Below are positions 9,860-20,002 of a stretch of DNA of 64,000 bases, one piece after another. Source of the DNA: an uncultured delta proteobacterium. GTDB taxonomy: Bacteria; Desulfobacterota; Binatia; Bin18. The DNA is taken from NCBI GenBank assembly GCA_963733195.1, contig CAVTCR010000026.1:1-64000 (forward strand). Reading direction: 5' to 3'. Below the pieces are notes generated by a model that searched no databases, was not told the origin of the DNA, and was given only the letters and a program-made list of their open reading frames with translations. The first letter of the stretch is position 1, and every line of letters starts with the position of its first letter. The position numbers were made by a program, and so were the translations under genes.

Positions 9860-10951
9860 TTACCTCTCTGTGTTAGCAGTTGGGGTTGGATTTACGCTTC
9901 TCTCCGGCGCCGCCGCGGCTGGCGAAGTCGTCAGTCCTTTCAGCGGGAGCAAGGGGAGCACGCCTGATTTTCCCCCACTGTCGAGAATAAACTTTTCCAT
10001 GTTCGGCATGATCCGCTCTATGCTTTCTAAATAGAGGCGGTCCCGCGTGATGGCTTTGGCTTTGTCGTATTCCGCCAAGATCTTGAGAAAGCGTTCTGCA
10101 TCGCCCTGCGATCGAATCACTCGCTGTGCCTTGTAACCTTCGGCTTGCTGTATCATCTGCGCTGCCTCGCCCCGGGCTTTGGGCACAACGTCTTCCTTGT
10201 ATCCCTCAGCTTCTTTCACCAACCGGTCACGGTCCTCCAAGGCACGTACCACATCATGGAACGCGTCCCGCACCTCACTCGGGGGATCAACAACTAACAA
10301 CCGCACTTCCGTGGCCAGCAAGCCGGTCTGATACGCATCGAGTAATTCCTGAAGGGCGGTTTTGGCTTGCTCCTGCACTTCCACCCGCCCATCGGTCATG
10401 GTGTAGTCGATGGTGTTACGCCCCACTGCACTGCGCAGTGCGACTTCGGCTGAGGTGTGAAGAATCCCTTCAGGGTCGCTGGCTCCGAACAAGAACTTCA
10501 CCGGATCTTGCACCCGATATTGGATAAAGAGTTGCAACTCGACAATGTTTTCATCGCCGGTGAGCATGAGTGCTTCCTGTGGCACGGTGCGAGTACTTCC
10601 TCTTCCGCTACGCTCTGAGATCCCATCCGCAACAGTGCGAAACCCCACTTCAGCGCGACGCACTTGCGCAATATCCACCACCTCATGGCTCTGAATAGGC
10701 CAGGGTAGACGATAGCGTAATCCTGGCTCGGTCTGCTCTATCGCCTCACGAAAGAGAAGTACGACACCACGTTCTCCTGGACCTACCACATAGAAGCCTG
10801 ACCCAAGCCAGAGTAGGAGCAGCAGGACGCCGATGACCCAGGAGCCAATGCCACTCGTTGGTAACTTCGGGATTCTCCGTTGCAAATCTTCTAAGATCTG
10901 TGTTATCTCATCGCCTGGTGAACCATTTCCATAACCCTGTCGTCTCTCCAT
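9860..10951 (-). CDS. hflK: FtsH modulator HflK
   Basis: PGLRYRLPWPI, MLTGDENIV, PPSEVRDAFHDV, VPKARGEA, TRDRLYLE. Confidence 0.95.
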   Translation of the reverse strand: MERRQGYGNGSPGDEITQILEDLQRRIPKLPTSGIGSWVIGVLLLLLWLGSGFYVVGPGERGVVLLFREAIEQTEPGLRYRLPWPIQSHEVVDIAQVRRAEVGFRTVADGISERSGRGSTRTVPQEALMLTGDENIVELQLFIQYRVQDPVKFLFGASDPEGILHTSAEVALRSAVGRNTIDYTMTDGRVEVQEQAKTALQELLDAYQTGLLATEVRLLVVDPPSEVRDAFHDVVRALEDRDRLVKEAEGYKEDVVPKARGEAAQMIQQAEGYKAQRVIRSQGDAERFLKILAEYDKAKAITRDRLYLESIERIMPNMEKFILDSGGKSGVLPLLPLKGLTTSPAAAAPERSVNPTPTANTER

Positions 10952-10980
10952 GTCCGTCCTCCTTAAAATTTTGCGGTCTC

Positions 10981-11285
10981 TCAGAGGGTGTCTCTATGCG
11001 CACCTTCTGCAGCGACGTAGATTACCGTCAACGCGTGTTGACTGGTCATAGCACCGAACTCCGCTTCGGTGCTATGACGGGGGAAAAGGAGTGAAGTGAT
11101 GATAGAAAGTGCCAAGAGGGTTGCAATCACTCCTAGTGACACATCAATGGGAATTTTATATGTAACGGCGAGTATCATTTTTACGCCACAATATAGGCGT
11201 CACGATAGAACACTCCCAGGTCGAGGGCCAGCATCCCGAAGATAAAACCAGTGAAGAGGACCCAGGGCCATAAGGCCTCTGTCAT
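10981..11285 (-). pseudogene. terC: TerC-family membrane protein with a large internal deletion
   Basis: N-terminus MTEALWPWVLFTGFIFGMLALDLGVF is joined to C-terminus KMILAVTYKIPIDVSLGVIATLLALSIITSLLFP. Confidence 0.8.
11045..11078. repeat. GTCA...TGAC palindromic element
   Basis: Perfect 14-bp inverted repeat GTCATAGCACCGAA-CTCCGC-TTCGGTGCTATGAC. Confidence 0.6.
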
Positions 11286-11477
11286 TGTTGCACTCTTTCT
11301 TTCATCCTTATGAACTTCAGTTCCTCTGATCTTAGTAAAGATCAAAATCATATATAAGACTACCGTCCAAAGGCAAATAGAGAATGCAGGTGACTTTTAT
11401 AGAAAAAATCAATATCTGCAGCTTTGCAGGAAGACGAGAATTTGCACAAGCAGCAGGCTCTCGGTTGCACTCATGGT

Positions 11478-11696
11478 CTAGATCGTGGCGTATAGGGAAC
11501 GAGTCGTTCTTGCATGAGTAATTCCTCTCACTTTCTGAATTTGCTTCTCCATCATGGTGATAAGCATAATACGATCACTCAGTAGGGAATGTCGCTCGGA
11601 CCTCAGGATCGTCGCGACGAGGGGATTTGCAATCATGACGATGACTACGGCGATACCAGCTAACACAGATAAGATGATCAAGAGACGTCTGAGCAT
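11478..11696 (-). pseudogene. Fragment resembling the N-terminus of a deazaflavin-dependent nitroreductase-like protein
   Basis: NPLVATILRSERHSLLSDRIMLIT, then similarity is lost. Confidence 0.35.
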
Positions 11697-11892
11697 CTAT
11701 GTAGCTTACCCAAGGTCAGAGATAAAGAAAGCCGGCTCTCCGTTGCTTCTGTAATGATCAGAGGGCGTGGAAGCTGCCCTCTGGCTGTGCTCGTCCTTAT
11801 CATCGTTCGATACTGGACAACCGTTGATAGAGCTGGACGGCGGATAGACCGTGTTTTAGTGAATTTCGTTGTGTCCCCTCTGCGCTACCGCA

Positions 11893-12558
11893 TTAAATCA
11901 CTCGGTGTTCCTGGGCGACAAAACTCCGCGCCACGGGCAAATCAAGAAATTTCTCTCCATCCGGCCACGCGCCTTCCTTGAATTCTTTGGAATCGAGCAG
12001 CTTTTGTAGTGTCGCGGCATCATCGACCCATAATTGGGCAACCCCGTCCCATTTCGGCTCTGCATAATTGTAGGCTGCATCCACTAGATGACTCTGCACA
12101 TACCGTCGGAGGCCAGGCAGCTTCATGACAATCGGCCCATGCACCCCCAGCCAATACTGGCGAGCGTCGGCCAGGGACCAACCCGGTTTCCGTTTCAGTT
12201 GAAAGATCAGTTTTGCCTGTTGTGCTGTTTGGGGACCATCGAGAAGCACGTGATCATTGGTGAGCATCCACTCGACGCGATTCATGTCAATGAAATTGGG
12301 CTCATCAGCCAATGCGCCAGTGAGGTATTCAGGGCTCGTCCGCAGGGCTTCCATTGCCGCTTCGTTCTCTAACCACACCTCAGCTACGCCATCATACAAT
12401 GAAGTCATCCCGGCGAAAGGAATCCGATGGCTTTGGATATACCGGCGTAATTGAGGAATCCTCTTGACAATGGGACCGTGGACATCACGCCAGTAGCGGT
12501 GGAACTCGGCCTCAGGAATCGACGGTTTGCGCGTAATAAAATAGAGCAGATGAATCAT
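11893..12558 (-). CDS. Tandem EthD-domain protein
   Basis: Two repeats of YW..VHGPIV..(I/L)P.LRRY.QSH...(Y/W)DGVA..W. Confidence 0.9.
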   Translation of the reverse strand: MIHLLYFITRKPSIPEAEFHRYWRDVHGPIVKRIPQLRRYIQSHRIPFAGMTSLYDGVAEVWLENEAAMEALRTSPEYLTGALADEPNFIDMNRVEWMLTNDHVLLDGPQTAQQAKLIFQLKRKPGWSLADARQYWLGVHGPIVMKLPGLRRYVQSHLVDAAYNYAEPKWDGVAQLWVDDAATLQKLLDSKEFKEGAWPDGEKFLDLPVARSFVAQEHRVI

Positions 12559-12826
12559 ACGGTATCCCTCATTTCTGCGGCGTCAGATTCTCAGTCCGTT
12601 TGTCGAAGCGAATCTGTGATTAAGATGACATAGTGGTGAATGAAAGAAACGTGATCTTCGCGACATATCTTTTGCTATTCCCAGGGTCAAGCGAAGCGTT
12701 CCATTTGTGGTAGGAAATAATGACTCATAGCGAGCAGATCGTCTTGTTGACTCAGCGAGGCGATTAGACAAAGCTCTGTTGTTCGGCTATCGCAGTTGCG
12801 ACCGTCAATAAAAAAAGGAGGACCCC

Positions 12827-13360
12827 ATGCAACGACTCAATCCCGGTGACTCATTCCCTACACTTGCCGCGGCAACGGTAGCGGGAAGAACGATGGCGCT
12901 TCCTGCGGACCTATCCACACCGTATGGCATTCTGCTCACCTACCGCGCCCATTGGTGACCGTTCTGCGATCAGCAGTTGGCTGACTTCCAGGCACATCTC
13001 GCATCATTCACGTCACAAGGAATCTCAATCTACGCGCTTTCGACCGATCCACTCGACAAAGCACGGGGGACAGTAGAGAAACTCATGTTAACATTTCCCG
13101 TGTTCTACGGAGTGGACGGACCAGCGACAGCAGAGACGCTGGGCTGTTGGTATGAGGAAAAGCGGAATATTATCCAACCCGCAGCGTTCATTATTGATCC
13201 ACAGCGTAACCTTCTGAGTGTCACGTACAGTTCAGGACCTGTGGGACGTTTGACCGCTGCGGATGCGTTACGCATCGTTGGGTTTTACGACAAGAATAAG
13301 GTTGCAGTCACCACAGTCGATCCTCAACGAGGCTGGACGGCGAATGTAACGAGGGCGTGA
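12827..13360 (+). CDS. Peroxiredoxin-like (AhpC/TSA) redoxin, predicted selenoprotein (UGA at codon 44, UxxC motif)
   Basis: RBS AAGGAGG, ATG 12827. MQRLNPGDSFP...LLTYRAHW-TGA(12956)-PFCDQQL is in frame with ORF 12977-13360. Confidence 0.85.
12968..12986 (+). promoter_or_regulatory. Candidate bacterial SECIS hairpin
   Basis: TCAGC-AGTTG-GCTGA stem-loop starts 11 nt after the UGA, with G at the second loop position. Confidence 0.6.
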
Positions 13361-13408
13361 CCGAGGCAAGCTCTACGAAACCTTAACCGCGCAGAAAGGA
13401 GCGAACGT

Positions 13409-14218
13409 ATGGATAGCCATTTTGTCAATGCTGGTAACATCAAGACCCGGTATTTGGATGAAGGGCAGGGGAAGCCGATCATTTTGCTCCATGGTGGCGG
13501 CGCCGGCGCCGACTCCTGGGGCAACTGGCGCAGCTGTATTCCGCTCTTGGCGCGGCACTTTCGCGTGTTGGCCATCGACATGGTGGGGTTCGGCAAGACC
13601 GACAAACCCGATCCGGCCACGTTTGTCTACAGTCAGGAGGCACGGATAAAACATCTTGCCGATTTTATCGAAGCGATGGACCTCAAGAAGGTCTGCCTTG
13701 TTGGTAACTCGATGGGTGGAGCGACTTCACTGGGTGTGTGTATGCGGCGACCAGAGCTAGTCGAGAAGCTCGTCTTGATGGGTAGTGCCGGATTGAACAC
13801 TGAGCTGAGTGAGGCAGTCCGGGTGATTCTGAGTTACGCGCCGAGCCGAGAAAACATGCAGAAGCTGGTGCAAGTGCTGACGCACGAGGGGTTTTCGGTT
13901 GACCCGGAACTTCTTGAGTACCGTTATGTACTGACCCAGGAACCCGGGGTGATGATGGCTTACGGCGCGACCATGCGCTGGATTGCCGAGCAGGGCGGAC
14001 TCTTCTATCCCGAAGAGGCAATCAGACAGGTGAAGCATAAGACGCTGATCGTCAACGGCAAACAAGACAAAGTGGTCCCGCCGGAATTGGGGTGGAAGTT
14101 CTCGCAGCTTCTGGAAAATTCCCGGCTCTACCTGATCCCGCATTGTGGGCACTGGGCGATGATCGAGCACCCCCAGGAGTTCTGTGACATGACGACACGG
14201 TTTCTCTCGTTTGCATAA
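13409..14218 (+). CDS. Alpha/beta hydrolase, meta-cleavage-product (CarC/BphD-like) type
   Basis: LLHGGGAGA, GNSMGG nucleophile elbow, GKQDKVV, HCGHWAMIE. Confidence 0.85.
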   Translation: MDSHFVNAGNIKTRYLDEGQGKPIILLHGGGAGADSWGNWRSCIPLLARHFRVLAIDMVGFGKTDKPDPATFVYSQEARIKHLADFIEAMDLKKVCLVGNSMGGATSLGVCMRRPELVEKLVLMGSAGLNTELSEAVRVILSYAPSRENMQKLVQVLTHEGFSVDPELLEYRYVLTQEPGVMMAYGATMRWIAEQGGLFYPEEAIRQVKHKTLIVNGKQDKVVPPELGWKFSQLLENSRLYLIPHCGHWAMIEHPQEFCDMTTRFLSFA

Positions 14219-14254
14219 TGTCCACTGAGAGGGAAGCTTCACAAGGAGTACAGA

Positions 14255-15445
14255 ATGTCATCGGAAAGCGTTACTGAAGAAGCGAAGCCCGAGCAGGGGG
14301 AAGTGAAGGCATTCTTAGACGAGCCGGGCAAGCATCAGCGGGTGAAGGAAGGATGGCGTCCGTACCTGGAGGCGAAACTCGGTTTCCGCAATCACTGGTA
14401 TCCTGCCGTATTCGCCTACGAACTCGCCGGCGACGAACCAAAAGCCGTGAAGATGCTCGGCGAGCGGATCATTTTGCGGCGGGTCGATGGGCAGGTGTAT
14501 GCCTTGGAGGATCGCTGCGCGCATCGACGGGTCCTGCTCTCGGCGAAAGTTGAATGCTACACGAAAGATACCATCACCTGTTGGTATCATGGCTTCACCT
14601 ATAATTTCCGTGACGGCAAATTAGTGCAGGTGCTGACCGAGCCGGGATGCGCTTTAATAGGCAAACTGCGCATCAAGTCCTATCCTGTCCAAGAAGCCCA
14701 AGGACTGGTTTTTGTCTTCATTGGCGATATCGACCCGCCACCGCTGCAGGATGATGTGCCGCCGGGGTTTTTGGATAGTGACCTGGCGGTAACCGGGGTC
14801 CGGCGCAATATCAAAGGCAACTGGCGGTTGGCCAGCGAGAATGGCTTCGACACCACGCATATCTACATTCATCGCCATTCCAAGGTCCTCACCGCGACCG
14901 ACGCCATATTGCCATTAGGATTTATTCCCCAAGACCGACATAGCATGATTCTCGTCGAAGGACCTGGCCCCAAAGGGGTCGTTGATAAACTGGCCAATAA
15001 CTATATCCCGGTTTTTGAATCAGGGATTAACGATGTCAAAGTGTCAGCGACGATGAGACCAAATGGCCAGGTGGTTGCCCCTGAAGTTTCGAGCTGGTTG
15101 CCCTGCGTTCTCAAGCTCCAAGCCTTTCCGATTCCCGAATTGTTCGTGTTCGAATGGTATGTGTCGATAGAAGAGGACACCCATTGGTACTACCAGGTAC
15201 TCGGCAAAAAGGTCAGCACGGACGAAGACGCCGCCGCCTTTCGCGCCGAGGCGCATTCCTTTTGGGCGGATGTGCTGTGGCGGGGGTTCAACGACGATGA
15301 TGTCTGGGCGCGTGAGGCGCTCGAAGATGCCTACACCGAGGGTGAGGGCTGGGCGAAAGAACGGCTCTTCAAGCCGGATATGTGCATTGTCGAATGGCGT
15401 AAGCTTGCCAGCAAACATAACCGGGGGATACAGAGGCTGACCTGA
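14255..15445 (+). CDS. carAa: Rieske oxygenase of the carbazole 1,9a-dioxygenase (CarAa)/OxoO family
   Basis: GWRPYLEAKLGFRNHWYP, Rieske DRCAHR...TCWYH, NWRLASENGFDTTHIYIH, GFNDDDVWARE, WRKLASKHNRGIQ. These closely follow the CarAa sequence as recalled; substrate not proven. Confidence 0.85.
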   Translation: MSSESVTEEAKPEQGEVKAFLDEPGKHQRVKEGWRPYLEAKLGFRNHWYPAVFAYELAGDEPKAVKMLGERIILRRVDGQVYALEDRCAHRRVLLSAKVECYTKDTITCWYHGFTYNFRDGKLVQVLTEPGCALIGKLRIKSYPVQEAQGLVFVFIGDIDPPPLQDDVPPGFLDSDLAVTGVRRNIKGNWRLASENGFDTTHIYIHRHSKVLTATDAILPLGFIPQDRHSMILVEGPGPKGVVDKLANNYIPVFESGINDVKVSATMRPNGQVVAPEVSSWLPCVLKLQAFPIPELFVFEWYVSIEEDTHWYYQVLGKKVSTDEDAAAFRAEAHSFWADVLWRGFNDDDVWAREALEDAYTEGEGWAKERLFKPDMCIVEWRKLASKHNRGIQRLT

Positions 15446-15578
15446 GAAGAGAGGAAACGTTGTCCAAGTGGGGGATAGCGAAGCGCCTCCCAGTGCGAGA
15501 TCACGTCTACTGGAACGTGTAGGGCAACGGCGATAAACATTTCTCAACAAACAATTGGTTTTAGAAGGAGGAGACGCT

Positions 15579-15740
15579 ATGGCAGGACGATTGACCGGAA
15601 AAGTTGCCTTAGTAACGGGCGCGAGTTCTGGGATTGGTAGAGCATCAGCGCTCGCCTTTGCCCGGGAAGGCGCTAAAGTAGTCGTCTCCGATGTGAACAT
15701 CGATGGCGGACAAGAGACTTCGTCTCATCAAAGGGAACGG
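15579..15740 (+). pseudogene. SDR oxidoreductase N-terminal fragment
   Basis: [34 protein letters not shown], then truncated. Confidence 0.8.
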
Positions 15741-15914
15741 CGGAGAGGCACTCTCGGCCAACGGCGCTTGATGCTTCAGCATACGGGATGCTTGCGCATA
15801 TTCTGTTCATGCGTTACCAGTCACCACTGAAAGAGCCCTTACGATTAAATGCAAACCTGGTGGCGTTTTGTCAGAGAGTGAAGGGCGATATTACGGGCCT
15901 TTGAGTACTTCACG

Positions 15915-16775
15915 ATGAGAACTGAAAGCCGCACGCATACGGTGAACGTATGGCAGTTCCCAGGGGTGATGCTGGAACATTATTGCTACGCTCCGGGTCC
16001 GGCAGGAGTCCTCGTTACTCATGCCCATGACGAATATCAACTTGGGTTGAGCCTGAACTTTCCAGGTGAATATACCTATCGAGGTAGCACCTACGCCGTC
16101 CCTGCCGGAAGCGTGAGTATTCTCCACCCCGGTGAACTGCACGCCGCTCGCGATGTCGAGCTCCGGCAAGTGTCGGCTGAGTTCCGCATGATGTACCTCA
16201 GTCCAGAACTGATGCAACACACAGTCAGAGACATCGCCGAACGTCCAGAGAGCTTGCCGTTTTTCTCTACTCCGGTGCTGCTTGATGTTCGCATTGTCTC
16301 GCTGTTTTTGTCTATACACCGCGCGTTGACGGAACCATCAACGTCTCAGCTCGAAAAAGAATCTCTCCTGTTATTGCTGTTACAACGGCTCATCCGCCGC
16401 TATGCCCACAAGCCCGTACCGTACCGATCGCTTGCGATTGCCCGCCCGGAAGTGCTACGAGCGCGCGACTATCTGCACGCCCACGCAGCTCAGAGTGTTT
16501 CGTTGCAGGAACTCGCGCAGATTGCGGGGTTGAGTCCGTTCCATTTCGCTCGTGCCTTTCGGCAAGAGGTCGGTCTGCCTCCCCATCGCTATCAGATGCA
16601 AGTGCGCATCGATCACGCCAGGCGCTTACTTGCGCAGGGAGTGTCGATCGCGAACGTAGCGACAGACACCGGCTTTTACGATCAAAGCCACTTTGGCTGG
16701 CACTTCAAACGTCTCGTGGGTGTTACCCCGGCCCGCTACGTTGGTGCGAGCAAGAATTTCCTAGACACGCCGTAA
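15915..16775 (+). CDS. AraC-family transcriptional regulator
   Basis: HAHDEYQ cupin domain and C-terminal HTH (GFYDQSHF). Confidence 0.95.
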   Translation: MRTESRTHTVNVWQFPGVMLEHYCYAPGPAGVLVTHAHDEYQLGLSLNFPGEYTYRGSTYAVPAGSVSILHPGELHAARDVELRQVSAEFRMMYLSPELMQHTVRDIAERPESLPFFSTPVLLDVRIVSLFLSIHRALTEPSTSQLEKESLLLLLLQRLIRRYAHKPVPYRSLAIARPEVLRARDYLHAHAAQSVSLQELAQIAGLSPFHFARAFRQEVGLPPHRYQMQVRIDHARRLLAQGVSIANVATDTGFYDQSHFGWHFKRLVGVTPARYVGASKNFLDTP

Positions 16776-16868
16776 TCCGTGCGCCATTGTACATCTTCGC
16801 GAGATAGGCGTTCCCTCGCCATGGAGGGAAGTGTCGTCAAGAATTAGGTAAACCAATGGAGATATACA

Positions 16869-17405
16869 ATGAACAAATTTCTTTGGGCTCTGGGCTCTGT
16901 CGCGCCAATCGTATTAGGGGTCATCTCTAACGCGCTCGGACAGTCGCCTGATGTGCAACGTCTCGCCGATGAACTGGCAGTGATTCGTGTGACCAACGAG
17001 ATCGACGTCGCCGTTGATCGCAAGGACTGGCCGAAGGCACGTTCGTTCTTTGCCGAGGAGCTGCGTGCAGATTTCACTTCGATGACCGGTGGCCAGCCGG
17101 CAACGATCAAGTCCGACGATCTCATCAAAGGCTGGAGCACGAACCTCGGCCCGAAGAAGACGAGTCTGCATTTGCGTGGCAATCATCTAGTGACATTGAA
17201 CGACGATAAGGCGTCAGTGTATTCCCATGCGTACGCGTGGAATCGCATGGAAGGCAATGGGGACCCATTGTGGGAAGTGTGGGGCCACTACATTCACGAG
17301 ATGCAGCGTACTCCCGGGGGGTGGAAGGTCACCGCGTTCACGTTTGTAAAGACCAATGAGCGCGGCAACATGTGGGTGAAGACGACCCCGTCACCGCAGC
17401 AGTGA
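16869..17405 (+). CDS. Secreted SnoaL/NTF2-like protein
   Basis: Signal peptide; VDRKDW, HLRGNHLV, GWKV. Confidence 0.85.
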   Translation: MNKFLWALGSVAPIVLGVISNALGQSPDVQRLADELAVIRVTNEIDVAVDRKDWPKARSFFAEELRADFTSMTGGQPATIKSDDLIKGWSTNLGPKKTSLHLRGNHLVTLNDDKASVYSHAYAWNRMEGNGDPLWEVWGHYIHEMQRTPGGWKVTAFTFVKTNERGNMWVKTTPSPQQ

Positions 17406-17724
17406 AACGAAGACGCAAGAGGTAAAGGAATTGATGATGAGTAATCGTTCAGTAAAGGAATCACTGACCAAAAGAGTAAAAGCTGCCGCTATGGTTGCCA
17501 GCCATATTGCCGATTCATCAATTATTCCCGTTTTGTAGGACTATACCGCCGGCCATTGAAATACGAAGGAGCGCCTCCACATGGGGAACAGTCTTCTCTC
17601 ATTTTGCGGCCGTATGCGGTCACACTTCGTGATCCTGAAGGTAACCTCATCCAGTTTCTGCAGCAGCTCAAGTAGAGGGAAAGCGTGTTGTATCCGCCAT
17701 TCTCGTTCTGCAGCGCTTGCCTCC

Positions 17725-18979
17725 TCAGTCCAGTAGCTCGCCCAGCCGTCGTTCGAGAAACCGCCGCTCGGGTTCCTGTCGCGTGAGACTGAGGGCCCGT
17801 TCATAGGAGGCTCGGGCTTCTGTCGTTCTCCCCAGTCGTCTACACAGATCTGCCCGTGCCGAGTGCGCCAGGTGATAGTCGGTTAAATCACCGCGCGCCA
17901 GGATTGCGTCGATGAGGGCAAGCCCCGCCAGAGGGCCGTCGCGCATTGCCACCGCCGCAGCACGGTTCAGTTCGACCACGGGTGACGGATCTGTCCGCGC
18001 CAACACGTCGTATAGTCCGACGATCTGAGCCCAGTCCGTCGCGGCGGCGTGGGATGCCTCGGCGTGCACCGCCGCAATCGCCGCTTGGAGCGTGTACGGG
18101 CCGAACCGGTGCGACGACAGTGCCCGTTCCACTAGCGCGGACCCCTCTGAAGATCTGCTGCCGGTTCCAGAGCGAGCGGTCCTGGTCGTCCAGTAGGACT
18201 AGTTCACCCGCTGGCGAGGTGCGCGCAGCGCGGCGCGATTCGTGCAACAGCATCAGCGCTAGAAGTCCCATCGCCTCGGGATCTGGCAATAACTCGATCA
18301 GCAACCGCCCCAAGCGGATCGCCTCGCCCGAGAGATCGTGTCGCGTCAGCACCGCTCCTGATGATGCGGAGTAGCCTTCGTTGAACACCAGGTAGACCAC
18401 GCGGAATACGGTATCCAGCCGCTCTGGCAGATCTGCCCGCGATGGTACCTCATACGGAATGCGCGCGTCGCGGATCTTGGTCTTGGCGCGCACGATACGC
18501 TGGGCCAACGTGGGTGGAGCAGTGAGGAAGGCATGCGCTATTTCCTCGGTCGTGAGGCCGCATACCTCACGCAGGGTGAGTGCCACCTGGGCATCCGGTG
18601 GCAGGGCTGGATGGCAACAGGTGAAGATCAGTCGCAGCTGATCGTCTTCGACACCTTCGTCGTCCCACGTCGCAGCGTCGTTGGTGTCGGCGGCGAGGCG
18701 TTCGGCGATCTCTGTCAGCGACGCGTCGAACCGGGCGCGCCGGCGCATGCCGTCGATAGCCTTGAAGCGACCGGCCGAAACGAGCCACGCCCGGGGATTG
18801 GCGGGCTTGCCATCCCGTGGCCATTGCTCCATCGCTGCCGCGAAGGCATCGTGTAGCGCTTCCTCGGCGAGATCGAAGTCACCGAGGAGGCGGATCAGCG
18901 TGGCAAGGACGCGGCGCGACTCGGAGCGGTAGACAGCGTCCACCGTCTCGCGCATCTGTTCGGTCGTGTCCTCGTTCAT
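17725..18979 (-). CDS. ECF42-type sigma factor with C-terminal TPR/DUF6596 region; frameshift near 18140
   Basis: DDQLRLIFTCCHPAL, EEIAHAFL, GPYTLQAAIAAVHA, TDWAQIV. Confidence 0.9.
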
Positions 18980-19026
18980 CGGCGGTAGCCCTCAGTAACT
19001 GTGTGTATAGAAGTCGAGATGAGTGC

Positions 19027-19818
19027 TCACACGTGGTCCTCCCCTACACCGTGACAGGAGCCCGATTCCTTAGGAGCTACGTATCTTCCGGTCGGATCGA
19101 CGAAGCCGCCGGCGTCATACCGGTCGTGGTGCCGCACCCAGTCACTCAGGTCATGGTTGGGACCGGTCTCGTTGCGTCCCTTCGGCGTAATATCGAGGAA
19201 GACATAGGTACCAAGAAACATGTCGCCCCCACGCGCGTAGCTGGAATAGGTGTGGAAGATGTCACCGTTCGCGTCCTTGTAGAACACGCTGCGGCCGGAC
19301 AATCTCCTCACTCTGGAATTTGCGCGTGTCGTAGTTGTAGTACACCTCGCCCTTGGCGAGTCGTCCTTGGTAAACGACACGTGAAAGTCGTAGTTGAAGT
19401 CGCTGCCGAACGACGACACCCACTTGAAGCGCCAGCCCATGCGTTGCCTGAAGGCTTCGATCTCGGGTAAGGGCGCGCGCGAGACCGCTACATACGTTAC
19501 GTCGTGATGTTCGAGATGTACGAGAGCGCCGTCGATATTGTCAGCCAGGAACGAGCACCCCACACACCCTTCTTTCCATCCGGGACCGAACATAAAATGA
19601 TAGACGATCAACTGACTGCGTCCGGCGAAGAGATCGGCGAGCGTTTCTTTTCCATTTGGCCCGTCGAACACGTAATTCTTTTCGATCTTGACCCAGGGCA
19701 GCTCACGTCGCTCGGCGCTCAATTGATCGCGCAGCCGGGTGAACTCTTTTTCCTTGATCAAAAACTCTTTTCGAGCGGTGAGCCATTCAGTTTGTGATAC
19801 GACTTTTGGACGATCCAT
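19027..19818 (-). CDS. DUF899 thioredoxin-like protein
   Basis: RRELPWV, LIVYHFMFGP, GCVGCS, WVRHHDRY. A short compensated frameshift lies near 19300-19360. Confidence 0.9.
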   Translation of the reverse strand: MDRPKVVSQTEWLTARKEFLIKEKEFTRLRDQLSAERRELPWVKIEKNYVFDGPNGKETLADLFAGRSQLIVYHFMFGPGWKEGCVGCSFLADNIDGALVHLEHHDVTYVAVSRAPLPEIEAFRQRMGWRFKWVSSFGSDFNYDFHVSFTKDDSPRARCTTTTTRANSRVRRLSGRSVFYKDANGDIFHTYSSYARGGDMFLGTYVFLDITPKGRNETGPNHDLSDWVRHHDRYDAGGFVDPTGRYVAPKESGSCHGVGEDHV

Positions 19819-19966
19819 TTGGTCCTCCTTTGTTTGGGGTTGTCGGGTTGATATTTTTCGTGCTACCCTTGGCACGAAGCTTTTTCACGGCGAGCATGGT
19901 TAGCCCGCCAGTCGAGGTTGCGCCAGCGACCATCAGCGCTACCGTTGTGATGCACGCAGGACACAT
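19787..19966 (-). CDS. Small CxxC membrane peptide (59 aa), absent from the ORF track
   Basis: RBS AGAGGAGGAG; MCPACITTVALMVAGATSTGGLTMLAVKKLR...; overlaps the DUF899 start. Confidence 0.65.
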   Translation of the reverse strand: MCPACITTVALMVAGATSTGGLTMLAVKKLRAKGSTKNINPTTPNKGGPNGSSKSRITN

Positions 19967-20002
19967 CGAACTCCTCCTCTCACGAACATCTGCTTGTCTC
20001 GG

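Noticed and set aside
11286-11470. yybP-ykoY riboswitch upstream of terC
   Set aside because: Expected from context, but no recognisable motif was seen.
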